Shown here in pieces: positions 29,064 to 38,685 of a stretch of DNA of 64,000 bases. The position numbers and the translations under genes were made by a program. This stretch comes from an uncultured cyanobacterium (GTDB lineage Bacteria > Cyanobacteriota > Cyanobacteriia > Cyanobacteriales > CAWUOF01): contig CAVUSO010000001.1 in the NCBI GenBank assembly GCA_963744145.1, positions 256,001-320,000 on the forward strand, written 5' to 3'. Numbering within the stretch: the stretch's first letter is position 1; the number at the start of each line of letters is the position of its first letter. The notes under the pieces are model-generated. The model did no database searches. It saw only the letters and a program-made list of their open reading frames with translations, and had not been told where the DNA came from.

Positions 29064-29507
29064 TTATTGCCATAAACCACGTAAAACTTTTAAATCGTCC
29101 TGATCAAGTTCTACTGGTGTGCCACTCCGAATCAGTTCAGAAAATTCTTCATTAGGAACCATTATACATAGTGCATATAAACGATCGCTTCCAGTATTTT
29201 CAATGACATGGGTTCCTGTGGGTGGTACTAAAATACTGTCTCCCGTCTGAATTGGTACAGTTTTACCATCACAACTAGCTAATCCTTGTCCTTTAAGAAT
29301 AAAAAATATTTCGGTTGCATATTGATGTCGATTAGGTGGAGTTTTCCCACCGACATCAAATATTTCTACACAATAGGTAATCGAAACATTAGCTGTAGCA
29401 CTATCAAAGACAATTGCTAGACGATTAGTGTCATAAGGACTAATTCGGTAAGCTTGATAATCATGAGGACACTTGATGATCGGAATCATGCAGCGAGAGA
29501 CTTCCAT
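29064..29507 (-). CDS. Cupin domain protein
   Basis: PPNRHQYATEIFFILKGQG..GDSILVPPTGTHVIEN. Confidence 0.9.
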   Translation of the reverse strand: MEVSRCMIPIIKCPHDYQAYRISPYDTNRLAIVFDSATANVSITYCVEIFDVGGKTPPNRHQYATEIFFILKGQGLASCDGKTVPIQTGDSILVPPTGTHVIENTGSDRLYALCIMVPNEEFSELIRSGTPVELDQDDLKVLRGLWQ

Positions 29508-29561
29508 GATAGTGTTTCCTGATCTGTAATAATTGGTTAAACAACAATCATGGTAAGTCTA

Positions 29562-30344
29562 CTATGAAAGTTTGACTGTTTTAATCGCATCAAAGATTGC
29601 TTGAGAATTTGTGACAAACCCAAAACATTGCTTAATATTGTATATGGTGGCTTGCCAACAATATTCTGGGGATGTGGTTGCTGTACAATCTTTAACTAAA
29701 ATACAGTCATACCCTAAACAGTTAGCATCTTGCAAGGTGGTCATGACGCATTGATCCGCGTTGACCCCACTAAATAGTAATGTGGTTTTCCCCAGATTAC
29801 GCAAAATACTATCTAATGGAGTATCCCAAAAACCGCTCATTCGATATTTATCTACCCGGATATCGACTGGATTGGGTATAAGTTCATCCACGATCGCAGC
29901 TCCCCAACTACCTGCCATTAATACTGTAGCACCATTGCTGGGTAAGCGATCGCCTAAACCAATTCCTGTTCCAGTCGGATTATAAACGTGATGGATGCTC
30001 GCACTAATATTCATTAAATCCGGTCGATTCCCCCAGTTTAACCAAATTACCGGGACTTGGTGCGATCGCAATTCTGGTAACAAGGTGTTTAAGGGTTGAA
30101 TCGGGGTACGAGCTGGATTAATATCTACACCGATATGAGCTAACCAACCATCTCGATGACAAAAATCATTTTGCATATCAATGATCAGAATTGCTGTTTT
30201 AGCTAAGTCTAGATGGAGGGTTTTTGTTTCGGTTGGTAAAATAATTGGATCAGGAGGAAGGGATGATCGGGTAATATCCGCGATCGTCTCATTGACTTTC
30301 CAATTATTCGGAGGTATCCCTAAATTTTTCAGTTGGTCAGTCAT
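29562..30344 (-). CDS. Isochorismatase-family cysteine hydrolase
   Basis: IIDMQNDF, KYRMSGFWDT, GVNADQCV. Confidence 0.9.
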   Translation of the reverse strand: MTDQLKNLGIPPNNWKVNETIADITRSSLPPDPIILPTETKTLHLDLAKTAILIIDMQNDFCHRDGWLAHIGVDINPARTPIQPLNTLLPELRSHQVPVIWLNWGNRPDLMNISASIHHVYNPTGTGIGLGDRLPSNGATVLMAGSWGAAIVDELIPNPVDIRVDKYRMSGFWDTPLDSILRNLGKTTLLFSGVNADQCVMTTLQDANCLGYDCILVKDCTATTSPEYCWQATIYNIKQCFGFVTNSQAIFDAIKTVKLS

Positions 30345-30360
30345 AGAATGATTAGATCCC

Positions 30361-31869
30361 TTAAAAATTCTCTTTTAGATGAGTTTCACCACGACGATAC
30401 AACTCACGAGCATAATCAGTCCATGTTCCTTGTCCCCAATACCGAAAACAACTGGTTTGGACTAAAAGATTATTGAGTAATGCTTCCCGATAACGCTTTT
30501 GTTTGGTGATTGTTTCTGGATGAGGGGAATTTTTCAGGAGCGGATCAATTTTTTCATGGAATAAAGCACTGAGTTTATTCATGGGTTCCAGGACATTTTC
30601 ATATCCTTGGACCCAACTCATATTATTAGTCCAAGATGCTCCTTCCATGTGAAACTGATGGTCAGTTTTCCTTAATTCTTGAATTGCTGTTTCCACAGTT
30701 TCAGGGGAGCAATTGTCTGGACTAACTCTATCCCAAATTTTGTGTTGTCCGATCGGTTGACAAGCAGGATAATCATCAGGATTACATCCAGCAGCTTCAA
30801 TTAATTCTAAATATTCAGTACCATTAACTCCCACTACCCCAGATTTACCACCATTTTCATCCCGCATTTTGTACCAAGCTTGTCGGAAACCACTAGGAAA
30901 TTCATTCATCATCACACCCCCATTTTCACCATCACCAATTTGAGTCACAATGGAAGGGATAGAAATATTGCTAATTGTTTGTCGGGATAGGGTTTTTGCT
31001 TCGTAATAAGGTTGCATTTGAGCGACTAATTTGGTATCTGATCCTTGGGTTTTAATTAGTGCTGTAATACTGATGCTTTCTCCATGGGAATTACGAGCGA
31101 TGAGACGGTGGGGTAAGTGTTTGTAATGGAGAGAATGTCCTGCTAAAGTTTCTACTGAATGTTCTTGTACTAGCAACCAGCGATAACCACATTCCTGCAA
31201 TGCTTTAATATATTCAAACAAAGTATCGGGATGATTAGGAAGGTGCATTTCTGGAGGAGAAAATCCCTTAACTCGACTGAGTGCTTCCCAACCAAAAATA
31301 GCAGCAAAGTGGTGTTGCCATGCTAGGATATGGAGTTTGAGATCAGGAATTGGGGTAGAAGGAGCTACAGCATGACTCCACATAGTTCCCAACCATTCTA
31401 CATAAGGTTGGTAGGTGGGTTTAGTAGTAACTTCCTTGAGATTTTCCAGGATATCTCCCCGTCCCATTTGTCGCAATCCCCACAAGAGATTACCAGAATA
31501 ATCTAACATCACGCGAGGGTTACATCCTTGTTCAACTAATTGGGGAATAAATTCCGCAATCCGGGTATAACAATAAGCAAAAGATCCAGCGTTATGGTTA
31601 TCTCCAATGTGAGGATGCTCGAACATATTTTGCAGATTACTGATCGTTTCTCCATTCCCTCCTGCTGGGATGCTCGGTTGGTGCATATGGAGTGCGATCG
31701 CAAAGGATGAGGTAATATCTGGTAAGCGAAGATTAGTGTTTGGTAAAAATACAGAACGATTTTGGTTGGTGACAGCTAAAACTTCATTTTCCCACCCAGA
31801 AATATTAGGTAATCCATCAATTATTTCTGGTAATGTCGAACTGTTAGTTGAGGAGAGCGATGAAACCAT
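30361..31869 (-). CDS. Glycoside hydrolase family 57-like protein
   Basis: LHMHQP, YSGNLL, GFSPPEM, DGEN. Confidence 0.85.
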   Translation of the reverse strand: MVSSLSSTNSSTLPEIIDGLPNISGWENEVLAVTNQNRSVFLPNTNLRLPDITSSFAIALHMHQPSIPAGGNGETISNLQNMFEHPHIGDNHNAGSFAYCYTRIAEFIPQLVEQGCNPRVMLDYSGNLLWGLRQMGRGDILENLKEVTTKPTYQPYVEWLGTMWSHAVAPSTPIPDLKLHILAWQHHFAAIFGWEALSRVKGFSPPEMHLPNHPDTLFEYIKALQECGYRWLLVQEHSVETLAGHSLHYKHLPHRLIARNSHGESISITALIKTQGSDTKLVAQMQPYYEAKTLSRQTISNISIPSIVTQIGDGENGGVMMNEFPSGFRQAWYKMRDENGGKSGVVGVNGTEYLELIEAAGCNPDDYPACQPIGQHKIWDRVSPDNCSPETVETAIQELRKTDHQFHMEGASWTNNMSWVQGYENVLEPMNKLSALFHEKIDPLLKNSPHPETITKQKRYREALLNNLLVQTSCFRYWGQGTWTDYARELYRRGETHLKENF

Positions 31870-31977
31870 AGGTGTTTATGCTTGAGGGTCAGCAATAATA
31901 AAATCTGCCATCCTTATTATTACCCATATATAGGATATTCGCGCTACAGGACTTTTGTAAAGTTTTAGTGGTTATTC

Positions 31978-33531
31978 TTAACAATTCTTGCTCGTACTGC
32001 GAGTATAACGATGTTTAACTCCGATCGGAAAGTATTCGGGATCAGCGGTTTTGGCTAAAGAGACTTCGATCTGATGATATTCTGGGGGAACATAATGAGT
32101 AAATTCGCTATTTAGTCGTTTTAATTGAGCGAGAATAGACTCGGAAATCCGATTGATTTTTTTCCGATCGCTATCAATTCCTGGTGCTAATTCGACTACT
32201 ACCGACAAGACTTTATTTTGGTCGGAATTTTCTTTGACTTGTAAAACAAATTTCCCGGTGACCCAATCTTGAATGAGAGGTTGTTCTAAACCGACAGTAA
32301 TATTTTCTGGGTAAATATTAGCACCAAAGTAGGAAACGGTAAAATTAGACCGACCAAAAATATAGAGAAAAGGTAGAGGACGAATACCTCGTAACCCATA
32401 TTTTTGTAACTCAGCGATGGGATCGAAACCCCAATTGTCGAGAAATTTTAACATATCCTGGTAAGGAACTAATCCTCCTGTATCAGAAATATTATAGCGA
32501 ATTAACGGAATACCATTGTTTCCCGAAAACAGTAAGGAAACTCCATCGATTTCAAAGAAACGACTAAAAGGATCATATTGAACCAGGGTAGGTAAACGCG
32601 GTTCTCCAAATAAACTATTAGCTATTTCTGGGTGATCGGAAAGAAAACGACGGATACAAATACTCAAAGGGGTTTCATTACCTAAAATTCCAGCATCAGC
32701 AGTTCCATAGAGGGAAGCTGTCTGATAATAAGAATTATTTCCTCCCGTTCGTTCCCCGATCAAATTGCGCCATTCTTCACTAAAAACTTCCCCAGCAAAT
32801 ACCATTTTAATTTGATAACGATTCCACTCAATTCCACGGGCAATTCCCTGATCAATTATATCCTTAATAAAAGGAGGATATCCTAATAAGACAACTTGCT
32901 CAAATTCCGGACCAAGCTCTTGGATAACTCGGAATATTTCTTCTTTATTATTTCCCGGAGTAACTACGGTAATTTGATAACCTTTACTAGCAAGATAACG
33001 ACAGCAATTAGTTGTATATATTCCTCCCACCCAAGTACCTAAACTAAAACAGATTACAGCTAAAGTTCGACTTATATCAGCACAGAAACTATCCCGAAAT
33101 ATCTGTTCAAACCGAGGAGCAATTTGTAATTCATCAGCGAAAAAACGGGGCCAAAAAGTGGGTTTTCCGGTTGAACCGGAAGAAACAGCAATAAAATCAC
33201 AGGTTTCTAGCTTTCCGGTACGACATAAATGTCCGAGGGGATAGCGGAGCAGATAATTTTCTTTAGTAATTGGTGGTAGTTTTTGAAAATCAGTAAAAGT
33301 TTGGATCTGAGCAGGGCTAATATTTTGTTGAGCTAAAAAATCTTGATAAGCAGGTACAGTAGTAATCACGGAATTAAATAATTCCAATACTGCTGATTCT
33401 GGACTAATTTGGGAATCTTGGTGAAGCAAAGTTTCTAGGGATGAGTTCAGAAAATCTTGAAACGCTGCTAGCGCGATTTGACGTTGGTTTTCCTGCATAA
33501 AATAGCGGTTTATTCTGGTGATTAATACCAA
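31978..33531 (-). CDS. Phenylacetate-CoA ligase-like (ANL) protein (likely start MQEN near 33498)
   Basis: SSGSTGKP, GYPPF, AGE, YGTAD, LIRYNISD, GRS. Confidence 0.88.
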   Translation of the reverse strand: MVLITRINRYFMQENQRQIALAAFQDFLNSSLETLLHQDSQISPESAVLELFNSVITTVPAYQDFLAQQNISPAQIQTFTDFQKLPPITKENYLLRYPLGHLCRTGKLETCDFIAVSSGSTGKPTFWPRFFADELQIAPRFEQIFRDSFCADISRTLAVICFSLGTWVGGIYTTNCCRYLASKGYQITVVTPGNNKEEIFRVIQELGPEFEQVVLLGYPPFIKDIIDQGIARGIEWNRYQIKMVFAGEVFSEEWRNLIGERTGGNNSYYQTASLYGTADAGILGNETPLSICIRRFLSDHPEIANSLFGEPRLPTLVQYDPFSRFFEIDGVSLLFSGNNGIPLIRYNISDTGGLVPYQDMLKFLDNWGFDPIAELQKYGLRGIRPLPFLYIFGRSNFTVSYFGANIYPENITVGLEQPLIQDWVTGKFVLQVKENSDQNKVLSVVVELAPGIDSDRKKINRISESILAQLKRLNSEFTHYVPPEYHQIEVSLAKTADPEYFPIGVKHRYTRSTSKNC

Positions 33532-33724
33532 TTTAGGGTGAAGTTGCTTAGATTTAAATCCCCCTAAATCCCCCTTAAAAAGGGGGACTTTTAATTCATG
33601 CTCTCCCTTTTTAATGGGGTTGAGGGGATTGCTCTCCCTTTTTAAGGGGATTGGGGGGATTGCTCCCCCTTTTTAAGGGGGTTGGGGGGATCTAGAACTA
33701 TGCACCCTCATAAAAAATTGGTAT
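33525..33724. mobile_element. MITE-like element with ATACCAATTT termini and internal ~31-bp palindromic tandem repeats
   Basis: ATACCAATTT...AAATTGGTAT; three TGCTCTCCCTTTTTAAGGGG-like units. Confidence 0.6.
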
Positions 33725-33960
33725 AAGGTTTAATTAATTATATTGATGAATAGGGATTTGAATGAAAAATTCTCTACCTTGACCCAGATGGGATTGCTAA
33801 TAGAGGTGGTCATGTTATAATTGTTTGGTATTTTTCCACCCGATCGTGAAGTTTAAATCTAAAGAAATTGGTATTTTGCCCATTTCAACAGAACTAATTT
33901 GGTTAATCCTAGTCGATTGGTGATATCAGAGCTATACATTGAATAAAGGATCTCAAGTTA

Positions 33961-35961
33961 GTGAAACCTATTTACTGTAATCAAGGACACGATAATCCCC
34001 CCGGAACCCGTTTTTGCTGTCAGTGTGGTGAAAAGTTGTCCCCAGCGATCGGTAATCCTATTTCTGTGGGAATGATGTTGGACGATCGGTATATCATTGT
34101 CGGGGAGTTAGGACATGGTGGTTTTGGACGGACTTATCTAGCACAAGATACAAACCGATTTAAGGAGCTGTGTGTTTTAAAAGAATTTGCTCCCCAAGTC
34201 CAAGGGACTTATGCTCTCCAAAAAGCTGAAGAACTTTTTCAACGAGAAGCTGGAGTTCTCTATCATCTCCAACACCCCCAAATTCCCAAATTCCGAGAAT
34301 TGTGTCGTAGTGAAATCAATGGGATCGGACATATTTTTTTGGTACAGGATTATGTTGAAGGTCAAACCTATCGTGGGTTATTGACGGAAAGAATACGTCA
34401 GGGTTTACGCTTAACAGAAGTAGAATGTCATCATTTATTAATAAAAATTTTACCAGTGTTGGAGTATATCCACTCCTTGGGAGTAGTACATCGTGATATT
34501 TCCCCGGATAATTTAATTTTGCGAAAATCAGACGGTCTTCCAGTCTTAATCGATTTTGGTGGTGTGAAGCAAGTAGCAGCCACAATAGCATCTGAATTAC
34601 AAGGAATTCAAGCAACTAGGTTAGGAAAAGTAGGATATGTCCCAGATGAGCAAATGTCTAACGGAATGGTGTATCCTCACAGTGATTTATATGCTTTAGG
34701 TGTCACGGTTTTAGTGTTGTTAACTGGGAAGGAACCTCAAGGTTTGAGAGATCCTTATGATTTAAGTTGGAAATGGAGAGAAGAAGTTAGTTTAAGTCTA
34801 TTATTAGGTGCAGTCTTAGATAAAATGGTGGCATATCAACCAAGCGATCGCTATCAGTCTGCTCGTCAAGCTCTAGAAGCTCTAACCGGATCTTTATCGT
34901 TACCAAAGCAATCTGCTCCGATCATCCCACCGAATCGGACTAAAGCAGCGATCGCAATTCCTAATCAACGTCAATCCCCATCCAATGTTACTACTCCACC
35001 ATCGACTGGAATTTTATCAGGTTGCTCGAAGTTTTTGGTCATATTGTTATTGATGTTAGGTGCTGCTTGGGGAGGTTGGTGGGGAACTAATCAATGGTTA
35101 TATTTTCGTTCTCATTCACAAAAAAAAGCTCCAGATTTAACCAATCAAACCGAAAATACCACCGCACAACCACTACCTGAGTATTCTCCCGAAGAACAGG
35201 AGCGTAAACAAACGATTATCGATCGTAGTCGTGAGATGAAGTTAGATTTTAGTTTTTTTAATCGTTTAGTTAATCAAGTTTTTTACGCTAATAATCCTCA
35301 GTTAGATAAACGGGCTTTAACCAGCGATTCTGCTGATACCCAATTGCGGGAAGACTGGGATCAAATTGCGATCGAAATGCTAGATAAATTAGCTTTTTTG
35401 AGTCCTGAATCTCGTCAGCGTCTGAGTAATTATACTTCAGATGATAGTGAAGATCGACGCAAAAGAGCCTATAAATTACATTTAAGTAGTCCTAGTCTGA
35501 ATCATATAGCTGATGCTAAGTTTTTCTCTTTATTTCCAGAACAAAGAGGACAGAATTTTATTAATCAACCCATTGGACAAGTATGGCACGCGATCGCATC
35601 TGATTGTTTAACTGGGATGGAAAATGGTAAAATGCTACAGGAAATTAAATTTCCCCCTGATCAGACTAGCGTTCAACTTAGTGGTCAACTCGAACCTGGA
35701 GCAGGTAAAGTTTATATTGCTGATTTACAAAAAGGACAATTCGCAAAATTTCAGCTTGATCGAGCAAAGGAAGGAATTAAATTGTCTATTTATCCTCCCA
35801 GTGGTAATAACCCATTATTAGAAGATTCAAACGAGTTAAATTGGTCAGAAGAATTGAGAGAAAGCGGTTATTATGAGTTTACCATAGTTTCTGAAGCAGA
35901 AAATCCTATTGATTATCAGCTTACCCTTAAAGCTAATCAAAGAAAATCAAACCATCGTTAG
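33961..35961 (+). CDS. Membrane Ser/Thr kinase with extracytoplasmic C-terminal domain
   Basis: GHGGFG, HRDISPDN, DFG, TM FLVILLLMLGAAWGGWWG. Confidence 0.92.
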   Translation: MKPIYCNQGHDNPPGTRFCCQCGEKLSPAIGNPISVGMMLDDRYIIVGELGHGGFGRTYLAQDTNRFKELCVLKEFAPQVQGTYALQKAEELFQREAGVLYHLQHPQIPKFRELCRSEINGIGHIFLVQDYVEGQTYRGLLTERIRQGLRLTEVECHHLLIKILPVLEYIHSLGVVHRDISPDNLILRKSDGLPVLIDFGGVKQVAATIASELQGIQATRLGKVGYVPDEQMSNGMVYPHSDLYALGVTVLVLLTGKEPQGLRDPYDLSWKWREEVSLSLLLGAVLDKMVAYQPSDRYQSARQALEALTGSLSLPKQSAPIIPPNRTKAAIAIPNQRQSPSNVTTPPSTGILSGCSKFLVILLLMLGAAWGGWWGTNQWLYFRSHSQKKAPDLTNQTENTTAQPLPEYSPEEQERKQTIIDRSREMKLDFSFFNRLVNQVFYANNPQLDKRALTSDSADTQLREDWDQIAIEMLDKLAFLSPESRQRLSNYTSDDSEDRRKRAYKLHLSSPSLNHIADAKFFSLFPEQRGQNFINQPIGQVWHAIASDCLTGMENGKMLQEIKFPPDQTSVQLSGQLEPGAGKVYIADLQKGQFAKFQLDRAKEGIKLSIYPPSGNNPLLEDSNELNWSEELRESGYYEFTIVSEAENPIDYQLTLKANQRKSNHR

Positions 35962-36046
35962 AATTAAATCATGTCTGAGGTATGATGATTAGATATTGAA
36001 ATATTTTCATAAACACAGCTAAGGGAGTGTAACAAGATATAAAACC

Positions 36047-36492
36047 CAATCCGGTTCAGTTAACTGTAGGGGCAAAGCATTTCGGCGCATAAATGATGGT
36101 TTAAACGTTTACCCTGAGTTTACCCTGAGCGGAGTCGAAGCTTGCCCTGAGCGTAGTCGAAGGGGGCGTAGTCGAAGGGAAGCATAATATTACCGAAATG
36201 CTTTGCCCTCACCATCTATGCAGCCAACAGATCAACTATATATTAAACATTTCGGCGCATAAATGATGGTTTAAACGTTTACCCTGAGCGTAGTCGAAGG
36301 GAAGCATAATATTACCGAAATGCTTTGCCCTCACCATCTATGCAGCCAACAGATCAACTATATATTAAAATAGGATTTTTGGGGAGATCTCGGCGCAAAA
36401 GAAGGGTGAAGCATTCGGATCTAATATTATTCGTTTGAGTTTATAAATTATCGCCCGAATGCTTCACCCCTACACTTAACCGAACCATATTG
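36047..36492. mobile_element. Composite MITE with internal tandem duplication and nested 24-bp repeats
   Basis: CAATCCGGTTCAGTTAAC...CTTAACCGAACCATATTG termini; duplicated units at 36078-36247 and 36248-36369. Confidence 0.75.
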
Positions 36493-36593
36493 ACACTGAA
36501 CCCTATTGCAGAAAAAATTATAGGGTTCAATGGTTATTACCCCCCCAACGATCTGGAGTAAAAAAGCAAATTGCCAAAAAATTGTTTGAAAAA

Positions 36594-37235
36594 CTATTGA
36601 GTTGGTTTTGATTTGGAGGAAAAAATAGGAAAACGATTATTAGCCATTGAATAAGCTAAATCACGTAAACGCTGACGCTCCCGATCGACTAGAGTAACTG
36701 TATAGATCATTCCTGCTTGTTCCCACATAATTGAAGAAAATGGAATCGAGGGATTTTCCTTAGATCCTTCCCAAATAAAGGCTTCAATGTTATGATCAAG
36801 ATCAACTATTTTCCCATTATTTTTATGTTTGATTAACTCTTGTTGAGCATTGAGAGAATCTTTACTATCTACCGCAAAACTAGCTAGTAAACAGGGATGA
36901 GGGCTAACTTTACAAGTAGATAAACCTACAGTTAAATTCGGTGGTGTTTTAGAAGAAAAAACTCTCACAAATAATTGTCCATTTTGCGCTTCCGGTGTAT
37001 TTGGGAAAATTAACACTGATGGTAAACGCATGACCCAACCTGGTGGTAAGCTATTTTCAATTTCCTTTAAAGATGGTGTAAAAACATTGAGCGGATTAGC
37101 ATTAACTTTCCCTTTGGTCGTGATCCCTAATCCCAAAGCTAAGATGATTAAAATTAGCAATAAATTACTCTTAAATCTTGATTCCATCTTGACTAATTCC
37201 CATTTATGCTGAAATTTGGACTTGGGTTCTCCCAC
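36594..37235 (-). CDS. Hypothetical exported protein
   Basis: Signal-like LLLILIILALGLG; 213-aa ORF, start probably MESRF. Confidence 0.7.
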   Translation of the reverse strand: MGEPKSKFQHKWELVKMESRFKSNLLLILIILALGLGITTKGKVNANPLNVFTPSLKEIENSLPPGWVMRLPSVLIFPNTPEAQNGQLFVRVFSSKTPPNLTVGLSTCKVSPHPCLLASFAVDSKDSLNAQQELIKHKNNGKIVDLDHNIEAFIWEGSKENPSIPFSSIMWEQAGMIYTVTLVDRERQRLRDLAYSMANNRFPIFSSKSKPTQ

Positions 37236-37533
37236 TAGACCAATGGTTTAATATATATTCTCTCTAATTTTTCAGCGATTAAATAATCACCTCATTTTTA
37301 GCTAGGGAAATATTTTTTGATTAGTTCTATTATAAACCTTAGTTAATTAATTTTCAACTATATATAAGTTAAAAAACAACCAATCGATCGCACTGACTAA
37401 AATTTTTATTCTCCTCATATTTGTGATAAAAGCTGTCGGGGTTTGGTAAAAATAGAAAATTTTCCTTGACTTAGTTAAAATAGGCAAACTATAGGATAAG
37501 ATAGAGAAAAGCCCTAAAAACTCCATCCTAGTC

Positions 37534-38682
37534 ATGTTAGCCCATCTAATGTCCTCTCACAGATTGCGGAAATCACAACTAAGTGATTTTTTAGGATTAC
37601 CAGAAAAATGCAAAGAAACTAAAGAAATCCTCATCACCCAAATTCTTGCATTAATTGCATCAGATCCATTAGAAGAAGAAAGATTTTGGGAAACTTTCAA
37701 AACTGAATTAGCAGTCGAACCAACCGAATTAGAAGAAATTTTAAGCTGTACTCCGACCGAACGCAAACGTTGGATTAAAGAAGGAAAAATTCCCATTCTT
37801 GAATATCGTCATTTTCGCAAAGCTGGACGGAATTTGCAATATCCTGTACACGATCGCATACTCATCCTCAAAATAGCACAAACAGAGATTGAATTATGGC
37901 GATCGCAACATCAAGCGCACCTCAAAAATCAACGACAAGCTGGAGCAAAAATTGCCGCTGAAACTAGAAAATATAATCAACAATCTCGTCAAGCTTTTAG
38001 TTTAGCTTGGGAACAAATTAAACAAGAATGGAGAGAAAATAGCTCCCAGGAAATCTCCCTGATTCTCCAACTAGCTTATTGGACAGTTTGGGTATCGCGT
38101 TGGGCTAAAGAAAATGAACTTAAAAGTCGCAATGCGATCGCTTATTTTGATTTTTATCAAGAACGTAAAAACGAATTATACGCAGCTAAAAATCAAGCCA
38201 TTAAAATCTTAGCACAAACTCCCTACAAGAAACTCTCTTTCTATCGTCCCGAACATCCAGATAAAGATTATCTTCATCTTTGTGAAGATCACTATGAAAT
38301 CATGCAACAAATAGAATGTAAGAATAAATGGGAATATTTTTATTACAGTGAAACAGAAATTAAACGATGTCCGAAATGTATTTATCATGTGCAAAAAAAT
38401 TATTATTCCCTCTATTATTTAGAAATCCAAACTAACGAATTCCCAGAGTTTAAGTTTTCCTTTCATACCCCTTATCCAATTGGTAAAGTTTTTTTACCAA
38501 AGCTAGAAGATTTACCAGAAATAGCCCAGGTAGAAGAAGATGGATTATTTCGATTTGGAAGACCTTTATTAGAACAAGAAAAAATCATTCACCGAGAAAA
38601 AGATGTGCTGAAAAATTTTCAGCAAGCTTTGGAAGCAGCACAAACAATCATGGTGAATAATCAGCGCGATCGGCAAGATTAA
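37534..38682 (+). CDS. Hypothetical protein
   Basis: 382-aa ORF upstream of ABC gene; HTH-like ERKRWIKEGKIP and CEDH/CPKC motifs. Confidence 0.7.
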   Translation: MLAHLMSSHRLRKSQLSDFLGLPEKCKETKEILITQILALIASDPLEEERFWETFKTELAVEPTELEEILSCTPTERKRWIKEGKIPILEYRHFRKAGRNLQYPVHDRILILKIAQTEIELWRSQHQAHLKNQRQAGAKIAAETRKYNQQSRQAFSLAWEQIKQEWRENSSQEISLILQLAYWTVWVSRWAKENELKSRNAIAYFDFYQERKNELYAAKNQAIKILAQTPYKKLSFYRPEHPDKDYLHLCEDHYEIMQQIECKNKWEYFYYSETEIKRCPKCIYHVQKNYYSLYYLEIQTNEFPEFKFSFHTPYPIGKVFLPKLEDLPEIAQVEEDGLFRFGRPLLEQEKIIHREKDVLKNFQQALEAAQTIMVNNQRDRQD

Positions 38683-38685
38683 TTA

